DNA of 64,000 nt from Macrostomum hystrix (GCA_950097015.1 CATNEN010000025.1:4526001-4590000), one strand, 5' to 3'. Positions 43,791-56,506 are shown, counted from the first letter of the stretch. The notes: a model not told the origin generated them from the letters alone. Numbers and translations are program-made.

Positions 43791-46700
43791 TCATTGGACT
43801 GCCCGATCAGGCGGGCCGCTTTGCAAACGCGTCGGGCGAACGGCCGCGGCGCCAATTCTGCCTGCCGATATGTTGCGAAATATGTTAATTATAGGAACTA
43901 TATCACATGCAAATGTGAAAAACTAAAATTAATTTTCTAGTTTACTTTTGATTCAAAACTGCGGATTCGAACCTACGACGTCGCTTTTCAAACAAAAAAT
44001 TGTAATAGTAAATACTTCATGGACAAGTTAACAAATCGAAAAATGCAACACAACAAATATTTTTTGCAACTGTACATAAACACTTTTGAAGTGCGAGCAC
44101 TGTGTAGACACTAGCATTATTTAACACATACAAGTCCATGCTTTAGCAAGCAATTCCTGTACCAATTAGTGATTTATTGAGCAAGCTGAGCACTGGCTCA
44201 TCTTGCTGTTCCTGCAGCTGCAGCGCTGAGTCATTAGCTGCTAGACATTCGCCAGTAAGATCGGCAAAAGAAAACGCAAAGTAACCCCTGCATTAAACAT
44301 CGTTTCTGTCTCTAGCGCATTAAATATTCAGTTCTGACACCACACCCTGTCTGTTGGTAGACTTTGAGCTGACACCCTGTCTGTTGGTAGACTTTAAGCT
44401 GACATCACACCCTGTCTGTTGGTAGATTTTGAGCTGACACCCTGTCTGTTGGTAGAATTTGAGCTGACACCCTGTCTGTTGGTAGACTTTGAGCTGACAC
44501 CCTGTCTGTTGGTAGACTTTGAGCTGACACCCTGTCTGTTGGTAGACTTTGAGCTGACACCCTGTCTGTTGGTAGACTTTGAGCTGACACCCTGTCTGTT
44601 GGTAGACTTTGAGCTGACACCCTGTCTGTTGGTAGACTTTGAGCTGACACCCTGTCTGTTGGTAGACTTTGAGCTGACACCCTGTCTGTTGGTAGACTTT
44701 GAGCTGACACCCTGTCTGTTGGTAGACTTTGAGCTGACACCCTGTCTGTTGGTAGACTTTGAGCTGACACCCTGTCTGTTGGTAGACTTTGAGCTGACAC
44801 CCTGTCTGTTGGTAGACTTTGAGCTGACACCCTGTCTGTTGGTAGACTTTGAGCTGACACCCTGTCTGTTGGTAGACTTTGAGCTGACATCACACCCTCT
44901 CTGCTGGTAGACTTTGAGCTGACATCACACCCTGTCTGTTGGTAGACTTTGAGCTGACATCACACCCTGTCTGTTGGTAGACTTTGAGCTGACATCACAC
45001 CCTGTCTGTTGGTAGATTTTGAGCTGACACCCTGTCTGTTGGTAGACTTTGAGCTGACACCCTGTCTGTTGGTAGACTGAGCTGACACCCTGTCTGTTGG
45101 TAGACTTTGAGCTGACACCCTGTCTGTTGGTAGACTTTGAGCTGACACCCTGTCTGTTGGTAGACTTTGAGCTGACACCCTGTCTGTTGGTAGACTTTGA
45201 GCTGACACCCTGTCTGTTGGTAGACTTTGAGCTGACACCCTGTCTGTTGGTAGACTTTGAGCTGACATCACACCCTCTCTGCTGGTAGACTTTGAGCTGA
45301 TTTATTACTACCCTAAACAATCGCTAGCAAGCTGCCAAGCTGTGGATTTATTGAACCCGTGGAAAACTACCTGAAAGCTGTCAAAAGCATTTCCTTTTCT
45401 GACTCACTTGTTGTCGCAGCTCCGGGTACCTCAGCGACAGCCTTGTCACCAAGGTCGTTAGCGACTGCGGCAGCCGACTGCACGGCGGTCAGGACGGCCA
45501 GCACATCGTCCAGCCGCATCTGGGGCCCGCCGTCGAATGCCAAGCAGGTGACGATTGGAGTTGCAGCGGCCTGGTTCGTCTGTCGCCTAGGCCTCGGGCA
45601 GAGCAGCAGGCAGCGGCCGGCATCCAGGGCGGGCAGAGCCTGCGGCGGCAGACCCGGCAGCAGCAGCTGGGCGGAGCCGGAGTGCGGCAGCGCCTGCGTG
45701 CAGCCCTGCGGCTGCCGGTGGGGAAAAAACGAAGTCGCCGTTGGAGTGGTCGGCGGCGCCGGCGACTCTGCGCGCCGGCGCTGCTGCTGCTGGCCGCTCT
45801 CGTTGCGAAATCGAATCACAGGAGAGACCGGCGCCGAGATGGCGGCGTCGGCTACGTCAAGAGATTGCAGGAGCGGTGACGGCGCGTGATGCGGTAGATC
45901 GATTGATATGGGCGTCATTGAAGAGATTGCAGACGCTGTCACGGTGGCCGCGGCTGATGCCGCTGAAAAATTGCGGATTGAGAATGGTCATGGATAGCGG
46001 ACTGAGAATGGTCATGGATAACTGACTGAGAATGGTCATGGATAGCGGACTGAGAATGGTCATGGATAACTGACTGAGAATGGTCATGGATAGCGGACTG
46101 AGAATGGTCATGGAAAACTGACTGAGAATGGTCATGGATAGCGGACTGAGAATGGTCATGGATAACTGACTGAGAATGGTCATGGATAACTGACTGAGAA
46201 TGGTCATGGATAACTGACTGAGAATGGTCATGGATAGCGGACTGAGAATGGTCATGGATAACTGACTGAGAATGGTCATGGATAACTGACTGAGAATGGT
46301 CATGGATAACTGACTGAGAATGGTCAGGGATAGCTGACTGAGAATGACCATGGATAGCGGACTGAGAATGACCATGGATAGCGGACTGAGAATGACCATG
46401 GATAGCGGACTGAGAATGGTCATGGATATCAGACTGAGAATGGTCATGGATAGCGGACTGAGAATGGTCATGGATAACTGACTGAGAATGGTCATGGATA
46501 GCGGACTGAGAATGGCCATGGATAGCGGACTGAGAATGGTCATGGATAACTAAATGAGAATGGTCATGGATATCGGACTGAGAATGGTCATGGAAAACTG
46601 ACTGAGAATGGTCATGGATAACTAACTGAGAATGGTCATGGATAACTAAATGAGAATGATCATAGAGAGCGGAGAGCTAAAGTAGAAACACGTTTCGCTA

Positions 46701-47051
46701 ATAAACTCACGAGAAGTTGTTGCAATATAGTCGTCAAAGTGCAGCCCGTTGCCATAGTGATGATGGCCATTGGATATGGCTGGCATGGAGACAGACATCA
46801 AAGGTGGCATGTTGAGCACATCCGGCTGCTGACGATAGCTCGGACTGCCAGGCAGGTCGAAGTCGGTAAAGCTGCTGACAGCGCCGCCTGTGCTTAGAAA
46901 CTCTTTCATTGGCTGCTGGCACAGGCAATCAACCATGCGCTGCTGCTGCTGGTGCTGTTGCTGCTGATCGACTGCTGTGCTGCAATTGCTGCTTACTTGC
47001 CTGGAGACAGCGGCTGAAGATGTAGCTGGGGAAGCCAGACCGCCGCCACCT

Positions 47052-47083
<32 letters not shown>

Positions 47084-50000
47084 CGCCTCCTCCTCCCAGC
47101 GGCCATTGTAGTCGTCGCGCTCTTTGATGACGCGCCGCTTAGCCTCGGCCCATCGGCGGGCCTGGAGTCCCAGGCGGACAATGCTGGTGTCCAGCTCGAC
47201 GTCCTGCTCCTGCTCCGAGTCGCGCAGCAGGTCCATGAAGTGGTTCCAGATGCCCGCCAGCACCTGCGCGGGTGAGGAAAGGCGTGAGGCTATGTATAAA
47301 GGCATGTAGCTATGAAAAAAGGAATGTAGCTATGAACAAAGGAATGTTGCTATGGACAAGGGAATGTAGCTATGAACAAAGGAATGTAGCTATGAACAAA
47401 GGAATGTTGCTATGGACAAGGGAATGTAGCTATGAACAAAGGAATGTTGCTATGGACAAAGGAATGTAGCTATGAACAAAAGGAATGTTGCTATGGACAA
47501 GGGAATGTAGCTATGAACAAAGGAATGTTGCTATGGACAAAGGAATGTAGCTATGAACAAAAGGAATGTTGCTATGGACAAGGGAATGTAGCTATGAACA
47601 AAGGAATGTTGCTATGGACAAAGGAATGTAGCTATGAACAAAAGGAATGTTGCTATGGACAAGGGAATGTAGCTATGAACAAAGGAATGTTGCTATGGAC
47701 AAAGGAATGTAGCTATGAACAAAAGGAATGTTGCTATGGACAAGGGAATGTAGCTATGAACAAAGGAATGTTGCTATGGACAAAGGAATGTAGCTATGAA
47801 CAAAAGGAATGTTGCTATGGACAAGGGAATGTAGCTTTAAAGAAAGGAATGAGACTTTGAACAAAGAAATGAAACTATAAATAAAGGGATGTAGCTTTGA
47901 ACAAAGGAATGGAATGTTAAGTTAAGGAATGATACTAAATAAATGATCGAGCTTCAGGGCTCACTAACCTTCTTCCTGTAGTACAACAGCTGGTTGCGCA
48001 CGCTGTTCACGACCTTCTGCCTCAGCCGCCGCAGCTGATCGGCGCTCAGTCCGGGCGCGTCAGACTCGGCCAGATCGGCGAACGAGTTGACGACATTCTC
48101 CAGATCTTCGTCTATGAAGCAGTCGAGCTGGAATTCGAAGCCAACGCCTGGCAGGATGCGCATCAGCTGCTGAAGCTGCCGGTCATTCACCACCAGACGG
48201 AAATCGGCCACGTGATAATAGCGGCCGGGATCGCCGACGTACTCGATGGCCGTGGCTGACGATGAGCAACGCTTCGTCGGAGCAGCCGATGTTGTCATCG
48301 TTGTGGCCGACGTTGAATCGCTGCTAGAGATCTGCTGTTGCTGTTGCTGCTGCTGCTGCTGCTGCTGAGTCGAAGACGAAGTCACAGTCGGCTGTGTCAG
48401 CGAGGCGGCGGTGTCGTCATCCTGCCATCGAACAGTCTGGGACATGCGAACCAGCTGCACCTGCACCGGGATCGGCTTCAGGTTGAAAATCTGCAGCGAC
48501 AGCAGCTCCTCGGCGGTGGGGCGAAAGTCGGGCAGCGGATGCGTGCAGGTGAAGAATATGTCCCGAATCTCTGCGCTCTCAAGCCTGGTTTGTCGGTGGG
48601 CAGAGAAACAGAGAAGCTAAGCAGTGAGTAGGTTTCAAAGCGTAGATATTGAGTAGGTTTTAGAGTCGATATTGAGTAGGTTCCAAAGTAGATATTGAGT
48701 AGGTTTCTAACTAGATATTGAGTAGGTTTCTAACTAGATATTGAGTAGGCTTCTAACTAGATATTGAGTAGGCTTCTAACTAGATATTGAGTAGGCTTCT
48801 AACTAGATATTGAGTAGGCTTCTAACTAGATATTGAGTAGGCTTCTAACTAGATATTGAGTAGGTTTCTAACTAGATATTGAGTAGGCTTCTAACTAGAT
48901 ATTGAGTAGGCTTCTAACTAGATATTGAGTAGGCTTCTAACGAGATATTGAGTAGGCTTCTAACTAGATATTGAGTAGGTTTCTAACTAGATATTGAGTA
49001 GGTTTCTAACTAGATATTGAGTAGGCTTCTAACTAGATATTGAGTAGGTTTCTAACTAGATATTGAGTAGGTTTCTAACTAGATATTGAGTAGGCTTCTA
49101 ACTAGATATTGAGTAGGTTTCTAACTAGATATTGAGTAGGCTTCTAACTAGATATTGAGTAGGCTTCTAACTAGATATTGAGTAGGCTTCTAACTAGATA
49201 TTGAGTAGGCTTCTAACTAGATATTGAGTAGGCTTCTAACTAGATATTGAGTAGGCTTCTAACTAGATATTGAGTAGGCTTCTAACGAGATATTGAGTAG
49301 GCTTCTAACTAGATATTGAGTAGGCTTCTAACTAGATATTGAGTAGGCTTCTAACTAGATATTGAGTAGGTCTCTATAGCTCACCTGTCCAGCACCTGAG
49401 GTGGAGTGTTGCTAGCGATTCTCTGCCAGACGTCCATGAAATTCTGGCACTCCTGATATGGCACAGTGTTGGTGACTAGCTCCACCATGAGCAAGCCGAA
49501 AGCGAAGATGTCCACCTTCTCGTCGTATCTCTCCTGCAGCATCTCGGGCGCCATGTAGCCAAGGGTGCCGAGCATGGTCTTGCGGGTCTGGGTCTTGGCC
49601 GTGGCCAGGCCAAAGTCGCCCAGCTTGATGTTGTAGTATTCGTCAGGATTCTCTCCGTCGGCAATGAACACGTTCTCCGGCTTTAGGTCGCGGTGAATCA
49701 CCGGCGGATTCATCCTGGGAGGGAGGGGGAGGCTGCGTTTCTTAGAAACCTTAGAATCCGGCGGAATTCTTTAGGGGTCTGACTCTCGGTTGAAGTCGCA
49801 AACTCTGTTGGGGCTGGAGCTTCAGGATCGAATTCTGCTGGGGCTGGAGCTTCAGGGTCTAACTCTGCTGGGGCTGGAGCTTCAGGGTCTAGCTCTGCTG
49901 GGGCTGGAGCTTCAGGGTCTAGCTCTGTTGGGGCTGCAGCTTCAGGATCGAATTCTGCTGGGGCTGGAGCTTCAGGGTCTAACTCTGCTGGGGCTGGAGC

Positions 50001-53000
50001 TTCAGGGTCTAAGTCTGCTGGGGCTGGAGCTTCAGGGTCTAACTCTGCTGGGGCTGGAGCTTCAGGGTCTAACTCTGCTGGGGCTGGAGCTTCAGGGTCT
50101 AGCTCTGCTGGGGCTGGAGCTTCAGGGTCTAACTCTGCGGGGGCTGGAGCTTTAGGGTCTCTCTGCTGGGGCTGGAGCTTCAGGGTCTAACTCTGCTGGG
50201 GCTGGAGCTTCAGGGTCTAACTCTGCTGGGGCTGGAGCTTCAGGGTCTAAGTCTGCTGGGGCTGGAGCTTCAGGGTCGAATTCTGCTGGGGCTGGAGCTT
50301 CAGGGTCGAATTCTGCTGGGGCTGGAACATAGGAATCGAATTATTTCAGGTTTAAATCTTCAGGGTTTGATGTTCGGGGAAGTGAGGATAATTCTTGAAG
50401 ATTCGTAATGTACTCGTAGTTCAGATAGCAGATTTACTGCTCAGATGATTTTAAGGCAACGATACAATGCTCAGATCTGAAACCTTTGCATCGCAAGATC
50501 GAAGCTACTAATCAATTTAACGTTTGAAATATAATATTAAGAATCAGAAGGCTAGCAGAGAAGACACAATGCCTCAAATTAGACTTGACGTCAATATGAA
50601 ACTCATTGCACGGACTAAATGCCTCTTATCACTATTGGCCATTGGCTATTCACTATTGGCTATCTTGGCTGATATGACATTATCTATATCGACTTTTATT
50701 ACACCGCCTTTTTGTTTGTTTGTTCTAACAGGGAGAAGAGAGGAATACGAATAGTTTGAGGGGCATTAATATACTAATGGTACCGGTTCGAAAAAGATAA
50801 AAGACTATCAATAAAATAGCATATAATAGCAGCACTGCTTTAAAAAGACAAAAATATAACTGGAATGTGGTAAATTTTGTTACTAAACAAAGTGTGAATA
50901 TTCGGGTTCTGTGTGAATATTCGGGTTCAGTGTGAATATTCGGGTTCTGTGTGAATATTCGGGTTCTGTGTGAATCTTCTGGTTCTGTGTGAATATTCGG
51001 GTTCTGTGTGAATATTCGGGTTCTGTGTGAATATTCGGGTTCTGTGTGAGTATTCGGGTTCTGTGTGAATATTCGGGTTCTGTGTGAATATTCGGGTTCT
51101 GTGTGAATTGTCTGGTTCTGTGTGAATTGTCTGGTTCTGTGTGAATTGTCTGGTTCTGTGTGAATATTCTGGTTCTGTGTGAACTTTCAGGTTCTGTGTG
51201 AAGATTCGGGTTCTGTGTGAATATTCTGGTACTGTGTGAAGATTCGGGTTCTGTGTGAGTATTCGGGTTCTGTGTGAGTATTCGGGTTCTGTGTGAGTAT
51301 TCGGGTACTGTGTGAGTATTCGGGTTCTGTGTGAGTATTCGGGTTCTGTGTGAGTATTCGGGTTCTGTGTGAATTGTCAGGCTCTATGTGAATATTCGGG
51401 TTCTGTGTGAATATTCGGGTTCTGTGTGAATATTCGGGTTCTGTGTGAATCTTCTGGTTCTGTGTGAATATTCGGGTTCTGTGTGAATTGTCTGGTTCTG
51501 TGTGAATAGTCTGGTTCTGTGTGAACTTTCAGGTTCTGTGTGAAGATTCGGGTTCTGTGTGAATATTCTGGTACTGTGTGAAGATTCGGGTTCTGTGTGA
51601 GTATTCGGGTTCTGTGTGAGTATTCGGGTTCTGTGTGAGTATTCGGGTACTGTGTGAGTATTCGGGTTCTGTGTGAGTATTCGGGTTCTGTGTGAGTATT
51701 CGGGTTCTGTGTGAATTGTCAGGCTCTATGTGAATATTCGGGTTCTGTGTGAATATTCGGGTTCTGTGTGAATATTCGGGTTCTGTGTGAATCTTCTGGT
51801 TCTGTGTGAATATTCGGGTTCTGTGTGAATATTCGGGTTCTGTGTGAGTATTCGGGTTCTGTGTGAATTGTCAGGCTCTATGTGAGTATTCGGGTTCTGT
51901 GTGAATATTCGGGTTCTGTGTGAGTATTCGGGTTCTGTGTGAATTGTCAGGCTCTATGTGAATATTCGGGTTCTGTGTGAATATTCGGGTTCTGTGTGAA
52001 TATTCTGGTACTGTGTGAAGATTCGGGTTCTGTGTGAATATTCTGGTACTGTGTGAAGATTCGGGTTCTGTGTGAGTATTCGGGTTCTGTGTGAGTATTC
52101 GGGTTCTGTGTGAATATTCGGGTTCTGTGTGAGTATTCGGGTTCTGTGTGAGTGTTCGGGTTCTGTGTGAGTATTCGGGTTCTGTGTGAATATTCGGGTT
52201 CTGTGTGAGTATTTGGGTTCTGTGTGAGTATTCGGGTTCTGTGTGAATATTCGGGTTCTGTGTGAGTGTTCGGGTTCTGTGTGAGTATTCGGGTTCTGTG
52301 TGAGTATTTGGGTTCTGTGTGAGTATTCGGGTTCTGTGTGAATATTCGGGTTCTGTGTGAGTGTTCGGGTTCTGTGTGAAGATTCAGGTTGTTTTAGATG
52401 ATTTTGGGTGCTGTTTGAAGATACGCCAACTCACTTGTGATGCATATGCCGCAGTCCCTCCAGAATCTGCTGCATCCAGGACTGGAAGACGCTGAATTCA
52501 ACCACAGCCTCTCTAGTCTGCTCATTGTAGAATGTCTTCATCTTCTCTTTCAGGGTGCCCTCGCTCATGAACTCGGTCACAATGACCGTGGCTTTGACCT
52601 TTTCGCCTTTCTCGCCATTCTCGTCTAGCTCAAAGTAGCAGTCGAGCAAGTCGTAGTAGCGAACAATGTTCGGGTGTTCGCACTTGATCATCATCTCGAC
52701 CTGGGCAATAAGACAGAGAGCTTATGATTTGAGTCCTGATCAATAGATATTTCAAGTAAGATTGGCATTCTAAAGAATTTGGGGAGCTTCGCAAATGGAG
52801 CTTGAAACTTCCCAAGGACAAAAAGAAAAAATAAATTACTTGAATTTGTTTTAGTTTAATTTTTACTTTTGCTCGAAATGGGACCTATAATACTTTTAAT
52901 TCCAAATTATTTAGGCATCGCTAAAACATTCAACATTTGAGTCCTGCTCAAACGAGCGTTGGGATCTCGGTTAAACTTTGTCTTGGTGGAATTTCAGTCT

Positions 53001-56000
53001 AGAAAGATTTGAGTCCAGTCCTTAAAACCTCACCTCAGGGGTCGCGTTAACGCGTTTACCCCTCGCACCAAGGTCCCTGAGCTCGATTCCGCGGTGAGAC
53101 CACATTCATTTGGGGCGCAGCCGCGGAGAGAAGGCTTGGGGGCTTGTCGCGCAATTTACGCCCCTGAGGGCCAACCTCCAAGGCACAGTGATAGTGTACT
53201 CTGTCTGACGATGAGAAAGTCAGGGCAGATGTACACACCTGCGTGAGCGTATGCCTGAGTACAGTGTGCGTGTGTGCTCAGGAGGCCTCCTCGCTGGCTG
53301 CGGGTCTAGTATCACCAAATGATGTGATCATCACGCCAGTGCCTGCAGCGCTCCTGCAACTATTATTATTAATGCCTCACCTCCTTGCGGACCTGCTCCC
53401 TCTCGGCTGGCTTGTCCTTTCCAACTTGGAATTTCAGCTCGCACCAGGCGATGGGCCGGCCCTGCTCGCGGTCGTAGCCGCGGTAGACAATCTTGTAGGC
53501 ACCTTCGCCGCACTTCAAATTGTGCTTGATCCAACGGCCGCAAGGGCTGACGGCGATGCCGCGCTGCTTCAGCTGCAGCTCCATCTGGTGCCGGCGCCAC
53601 ATCTGGGCGTCCCGCCGGCGCTGCCGCTCCTTCTGCTTCTCCTCGCGCGACCTGGCCGCAGACGGCTGCGGCTGAGCTGTTGACGACGTGGTCGACGATT
53701 GTCGCGACACTTTACCGTGCGGCGAAGGAGGCTGCGGCTGCAAATGCGCCGCGGCTGCTGACGCCGACGTTGCCGACGACGCTGGCGTCGCAGGGGCAGC
53801 CGAAGTCGACGTCGACGCTTCATCGGCAGACGAAGATGACAAAGCGCCGCCGATTAAGGAGCCGACAGAGAGCGACGTCGCCGATACAGCCGGCGAGGAC
53901 GGCGACGGCGAGGTCGACGCAGAGGCGAATGTAGGAATAGTAGCCATGGGAGCTTCCAGCGATGACGACCCGGCTGCCAGGTGGACGTCGCCATTGACAA
54001 CAGCGGCTAGAGCGGTGGCCGGAGTGGCGGCCGGTGATGCAGCGGGAGCCGGAGGGACATCATCGCTGCCGTCAGGGTTGATAGCGGCCGAGTCGGAGTC
54101 GGCAGCCAAGACAACGCCAGGCGCCCTGACGGCTGGGCACGCTGGCGAAGTCAGAATCTTCGTCGTTGAATCATTTATCTTGGACGAAGAAGCGGCGATG
54201 GCATTGTCAGCGGCGGCGGCTGCGTCAGCGGAAGTTGACGCTGACGAACCGTCGATGGCGGCCGCTCCGCTGCCCATTCGATGCGCTGCCTCCGGCTCCG
54301 TCAGCGACAGTCTTCGAATTCTTGATTTAAACAAAAAATGTTACTTTTTAGTTTAACTTTAACCTAATTGAGTTAGAATGAGTATTACAGTATAAAACTA
54401 TGACTATCGATGAAGGCAGAATATATAATTGAAATATAGAAGCTTGATCTCCGTGATTCGCCTCATTAAGACAACTCAAATTCTAATGGACTATGTAATA
54501 GGTAGAATGTAAAATGTACTTTTCTCTTATTTTATACATATTAGATACAGATATAAGGCTGATCAATCTCAGTGTCACGTGGGCAGAGGTACCAGGCGGA
54601 GCGGTGGGTCACTGTCACACCACTTGCACAGATCTACTCTGGTGGAGTGGGGTTGCAAGTGACTTGTTTTATAGATAAAAACCTATAGTGCGTACTTCAG
54701 ACTTGGTTCGGTGACTTGTAACGCTTTTGGCGCCAGTTTAAACTTCAGTTTACGTAACCCTGGCAACACTGAGCATTATTTTCGTAATAATATAATTAGC
54801 AGGTTTTTTGCAAAACGGTAAGAAGGTTAAAAAAAATTTAGACTTGCGCGATTGAAAAAAAATTCATACACGCAGACCAAGCTAAGAAGTCAAATTTCAT
54901 TCTAAGAACTTTTAGCATTTTAACTGCTATCTAACCAGCTAAATGTGCTCTTAATTTATAAGCAGAAGAGGAGTTGCAACAAGAGCAGAAGAGTTGCAAC
55001 AAGAGCAGAAGATTTGCAACAAGAGCAGAAGAGTTGCAACAAGAGCAGAAGAGTTGCAACAAGAGCAGAAGATTTGCAATAAGAGCAGAAGAGTTGCAAC
55101 AAGAGCAGAAGATTTGCAACAAGAGCAGAAGATGAGTTGCAACAAGAGCAGAAGAGTTGCAACAAGAGCAGAAGAGTTGCAACAAGAGCAGAAGAGGAGT
55201 TGCAACAAGAGCAGAAGAGTTGCAACAAGAGCAGAAGATTTGCAACAAGAGCAGAAGAGTTGCAACAAGAGCAGAAGATTTGCAACAAGAGCAGAAGAGG
55301 AGTTGCAACAAGAGCAGAAGATGAGTTGCAACAAGAGCAGAAGAGTTGCAACAAGAGCAGAAGAGTTGCAACAAGAGCAGAAGAGGAGTTGCAACAAGAG
55401 CAGAAGAGTTGCAACAAGAGCAGAAGATTTGCAACAAGAGCAGAAGAGTTGCAACAAGAGCAGAAGATTTGCAACAAGAGCAGAAGAGGAGTTGCAACAA
55501 GAGCAGAAGAGTTGCAACAAGAGCAGAAGAGGAGTTGCAACAAGAGCAGAAGAGTTGCAACAAGAGCAGAAGAGTTGCAACAAGAGCAGAAGATTTGCAA
55601 CAAGAGCAGAAGATTTGCAACAAGAGCAGAAGATTTGCAACAAGAGCAGAAGAGTTGCAACAAGAGCAGAAGATTTGCAACAAGAGCAGAAGAGGAGTTG
55701 CAACAAGAGCAGAAGAGTTGCAACAAGAGCAGAAGAGTTGCAACAAGAGCAGAAGAGTTGCAACAAGAGCAGAAGAGTTGCAACAAGAGCAGAAGAGTTG
55801 CAACAAGAGCAGAAGAGTTGCAACAAGAGCAGAAGAGTTGCAACAAGAGCAGAAGAGTTGCAACAAGAGCAGAAGAGTTGCAACAAGAGCAGAAGAGTTG
55901 CAACAAGAGCAGAAGAGTTGCAACAAGAGCAGAAAGAATCTAATAAAAAAGGCAACTTTGAATTCGTCAAAAAGCAAATATAGCAGAATCCTGTTGATAA

Positions 56001-56506
56001 TTAGATAAAAGCCAGGCTCACTCCACGAGTCCGGAGGTGGAGTAGCCGCCGTTGGCTCCGTTCATAGTGGCAGCCAGCGTCAGCGCGGAGTCGTCCAGCA
56101 CCGTCTCCCGGATGGTGACCCGCTTGCGCAGCATCCGCACACCGCCGGCCAGGCTGGAGCGCAGGGCACTTTTACCCGGCAGTCTAGAGGCTTGCGGCAG
56201 CGGCGGCGGCGGCGCCGGCGGCGCTGGCGGCGGTGGCAACGGCGGCAGCTTGGCGGCGACTAATCCAGTCGTTGGCGTTAAAGCCGGCGTGTTGCACGGC
56301 GGCTCTGTAGCGGACGAATAAGAATGGCACCAGCCGTTGCCGTCAAAGCTGAGGCTGTCAGTGGTGGACGTCATTAGAAGCGTGGCCGTCGTTGGCAGAG
56401 TCAGGGACGCCGCCTCTTGCGGTTGCTCCTGCCGCTGCTGCGACGGCGGCAACGATGCGGACAGGCCCAGCGGTCTCGTTGGTTGTCCAGCAGCGCCGTG
56501 CGCCAT
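43791..56506 (-). CDS. WNK: Divergent WNK (with-no-lysine) Ser/Thr kinase, 1297 aa; exons 56506-56022, 54320-53381, 52700-52435, 49714-49385, 48584-47969, 47263-46711, 45962-45408, 44240-44163, 43861-43791
   Basis: SPCGRWIKHNLKCGEGAYKIVYRG (Lys in beta2) and IAWCEL (Cys at the usual beta3 Lys position) are diagnostic of WNK. Also HPNIVRYYD, VIVTEFMSEGTLK, PPVIHRDLKPEN, DFG, YMAPEM, RYDEKVDIFAFG, PYQECQN and a CCT-like segment after the kinase. Exon sum 3894 nt is in frame. First and last two exons are less certain. Confidence 0.9.
44335..45300. repeat. 30-bp minisatellite (gagctgacaccctgtctgttggtagacttt) with 35-bp variants, WNK intron 7
   Basis: About 31 units; 10-aa period in the ORF track. 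Confidence 0.95.
45975..46655. repeat. 24-bp minisatellite (tggtcatggatagcggactgagaa), WNK intron 6
   Basis: About 28 units; 8-aa period. Confidence 0.95.
47290..47905. repeat. 20-bp alternating monomers forming an 81-bp higher-order repeat, WNK intron 5
   Basis: ggaatgtagctatgaacaaa alternates with ggaatgttgctatggacaag/a; 27-aa period in ORF 47432-47860. Confidence 0.92.
48625..49372. repeat. 23-bp minisatellite (ttgagtaggcttctaactagata), WNK intron 4
   Basis: About 32 units; fills intron 48585-49384. Confidence 0.95.
49800..50335. repeat. 30-bp minisatellite (gggctggagcttcagggtctaactctgctg), WNK intron 3
   Basis: About 18 units; 10-aa period. Confidence 0.93.
50900..52385. repeat. 19-bp minisatellite (gggttctgtgtgaatattc), WNK intron 3
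   Basis: About 78 units with recurring variant blocks. Confidence 0.95.
53037..53374 (+). mobile_element. tRNA-derived SINE, family B, antisense in WNK intron 2, 9-bp TSD
   Basis: Head with A box partly deleted, B box GAGCTCGATTCC, (ATT)n tail; TSD CCTCACCTC at 53028-53036 and 53375-53383. Confidence 0.85.
54962..55935. repeat. 20-bp minisatellite (gagttgcaacaagagcagaa) with 23-bp variants, WNK intron 1
   Basis: About 47 units; explains the QQEQKSCNK and LLLLQLFCSCC pseudo-ORFs. Confidence 0.95.

Noticed and set aside
43960-43990. tRNA-like T-arm (CGTAGGTTCGAATCC on the minus strand)
   Set aside because: An isolated B-box fragment without a D arm or acceptor stem; at most a SINE or tRNA relic.
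53190-53240. CTGACGA...GAAA in SINE family B as a hammerhead core or SECIS
   Set aside because: Only 3 nt separate the motifs, so there is no stem II. It folds better as a simple TGAC/GTCA hairpin, and the SECIS geometry is not met.
54931-56008. Long ORFs in several frames (QQEQKSCNK..., LLLLQLFCSCC...)
   Set aside because: Translation artefacts of a 20-bp intronic minisatellite.
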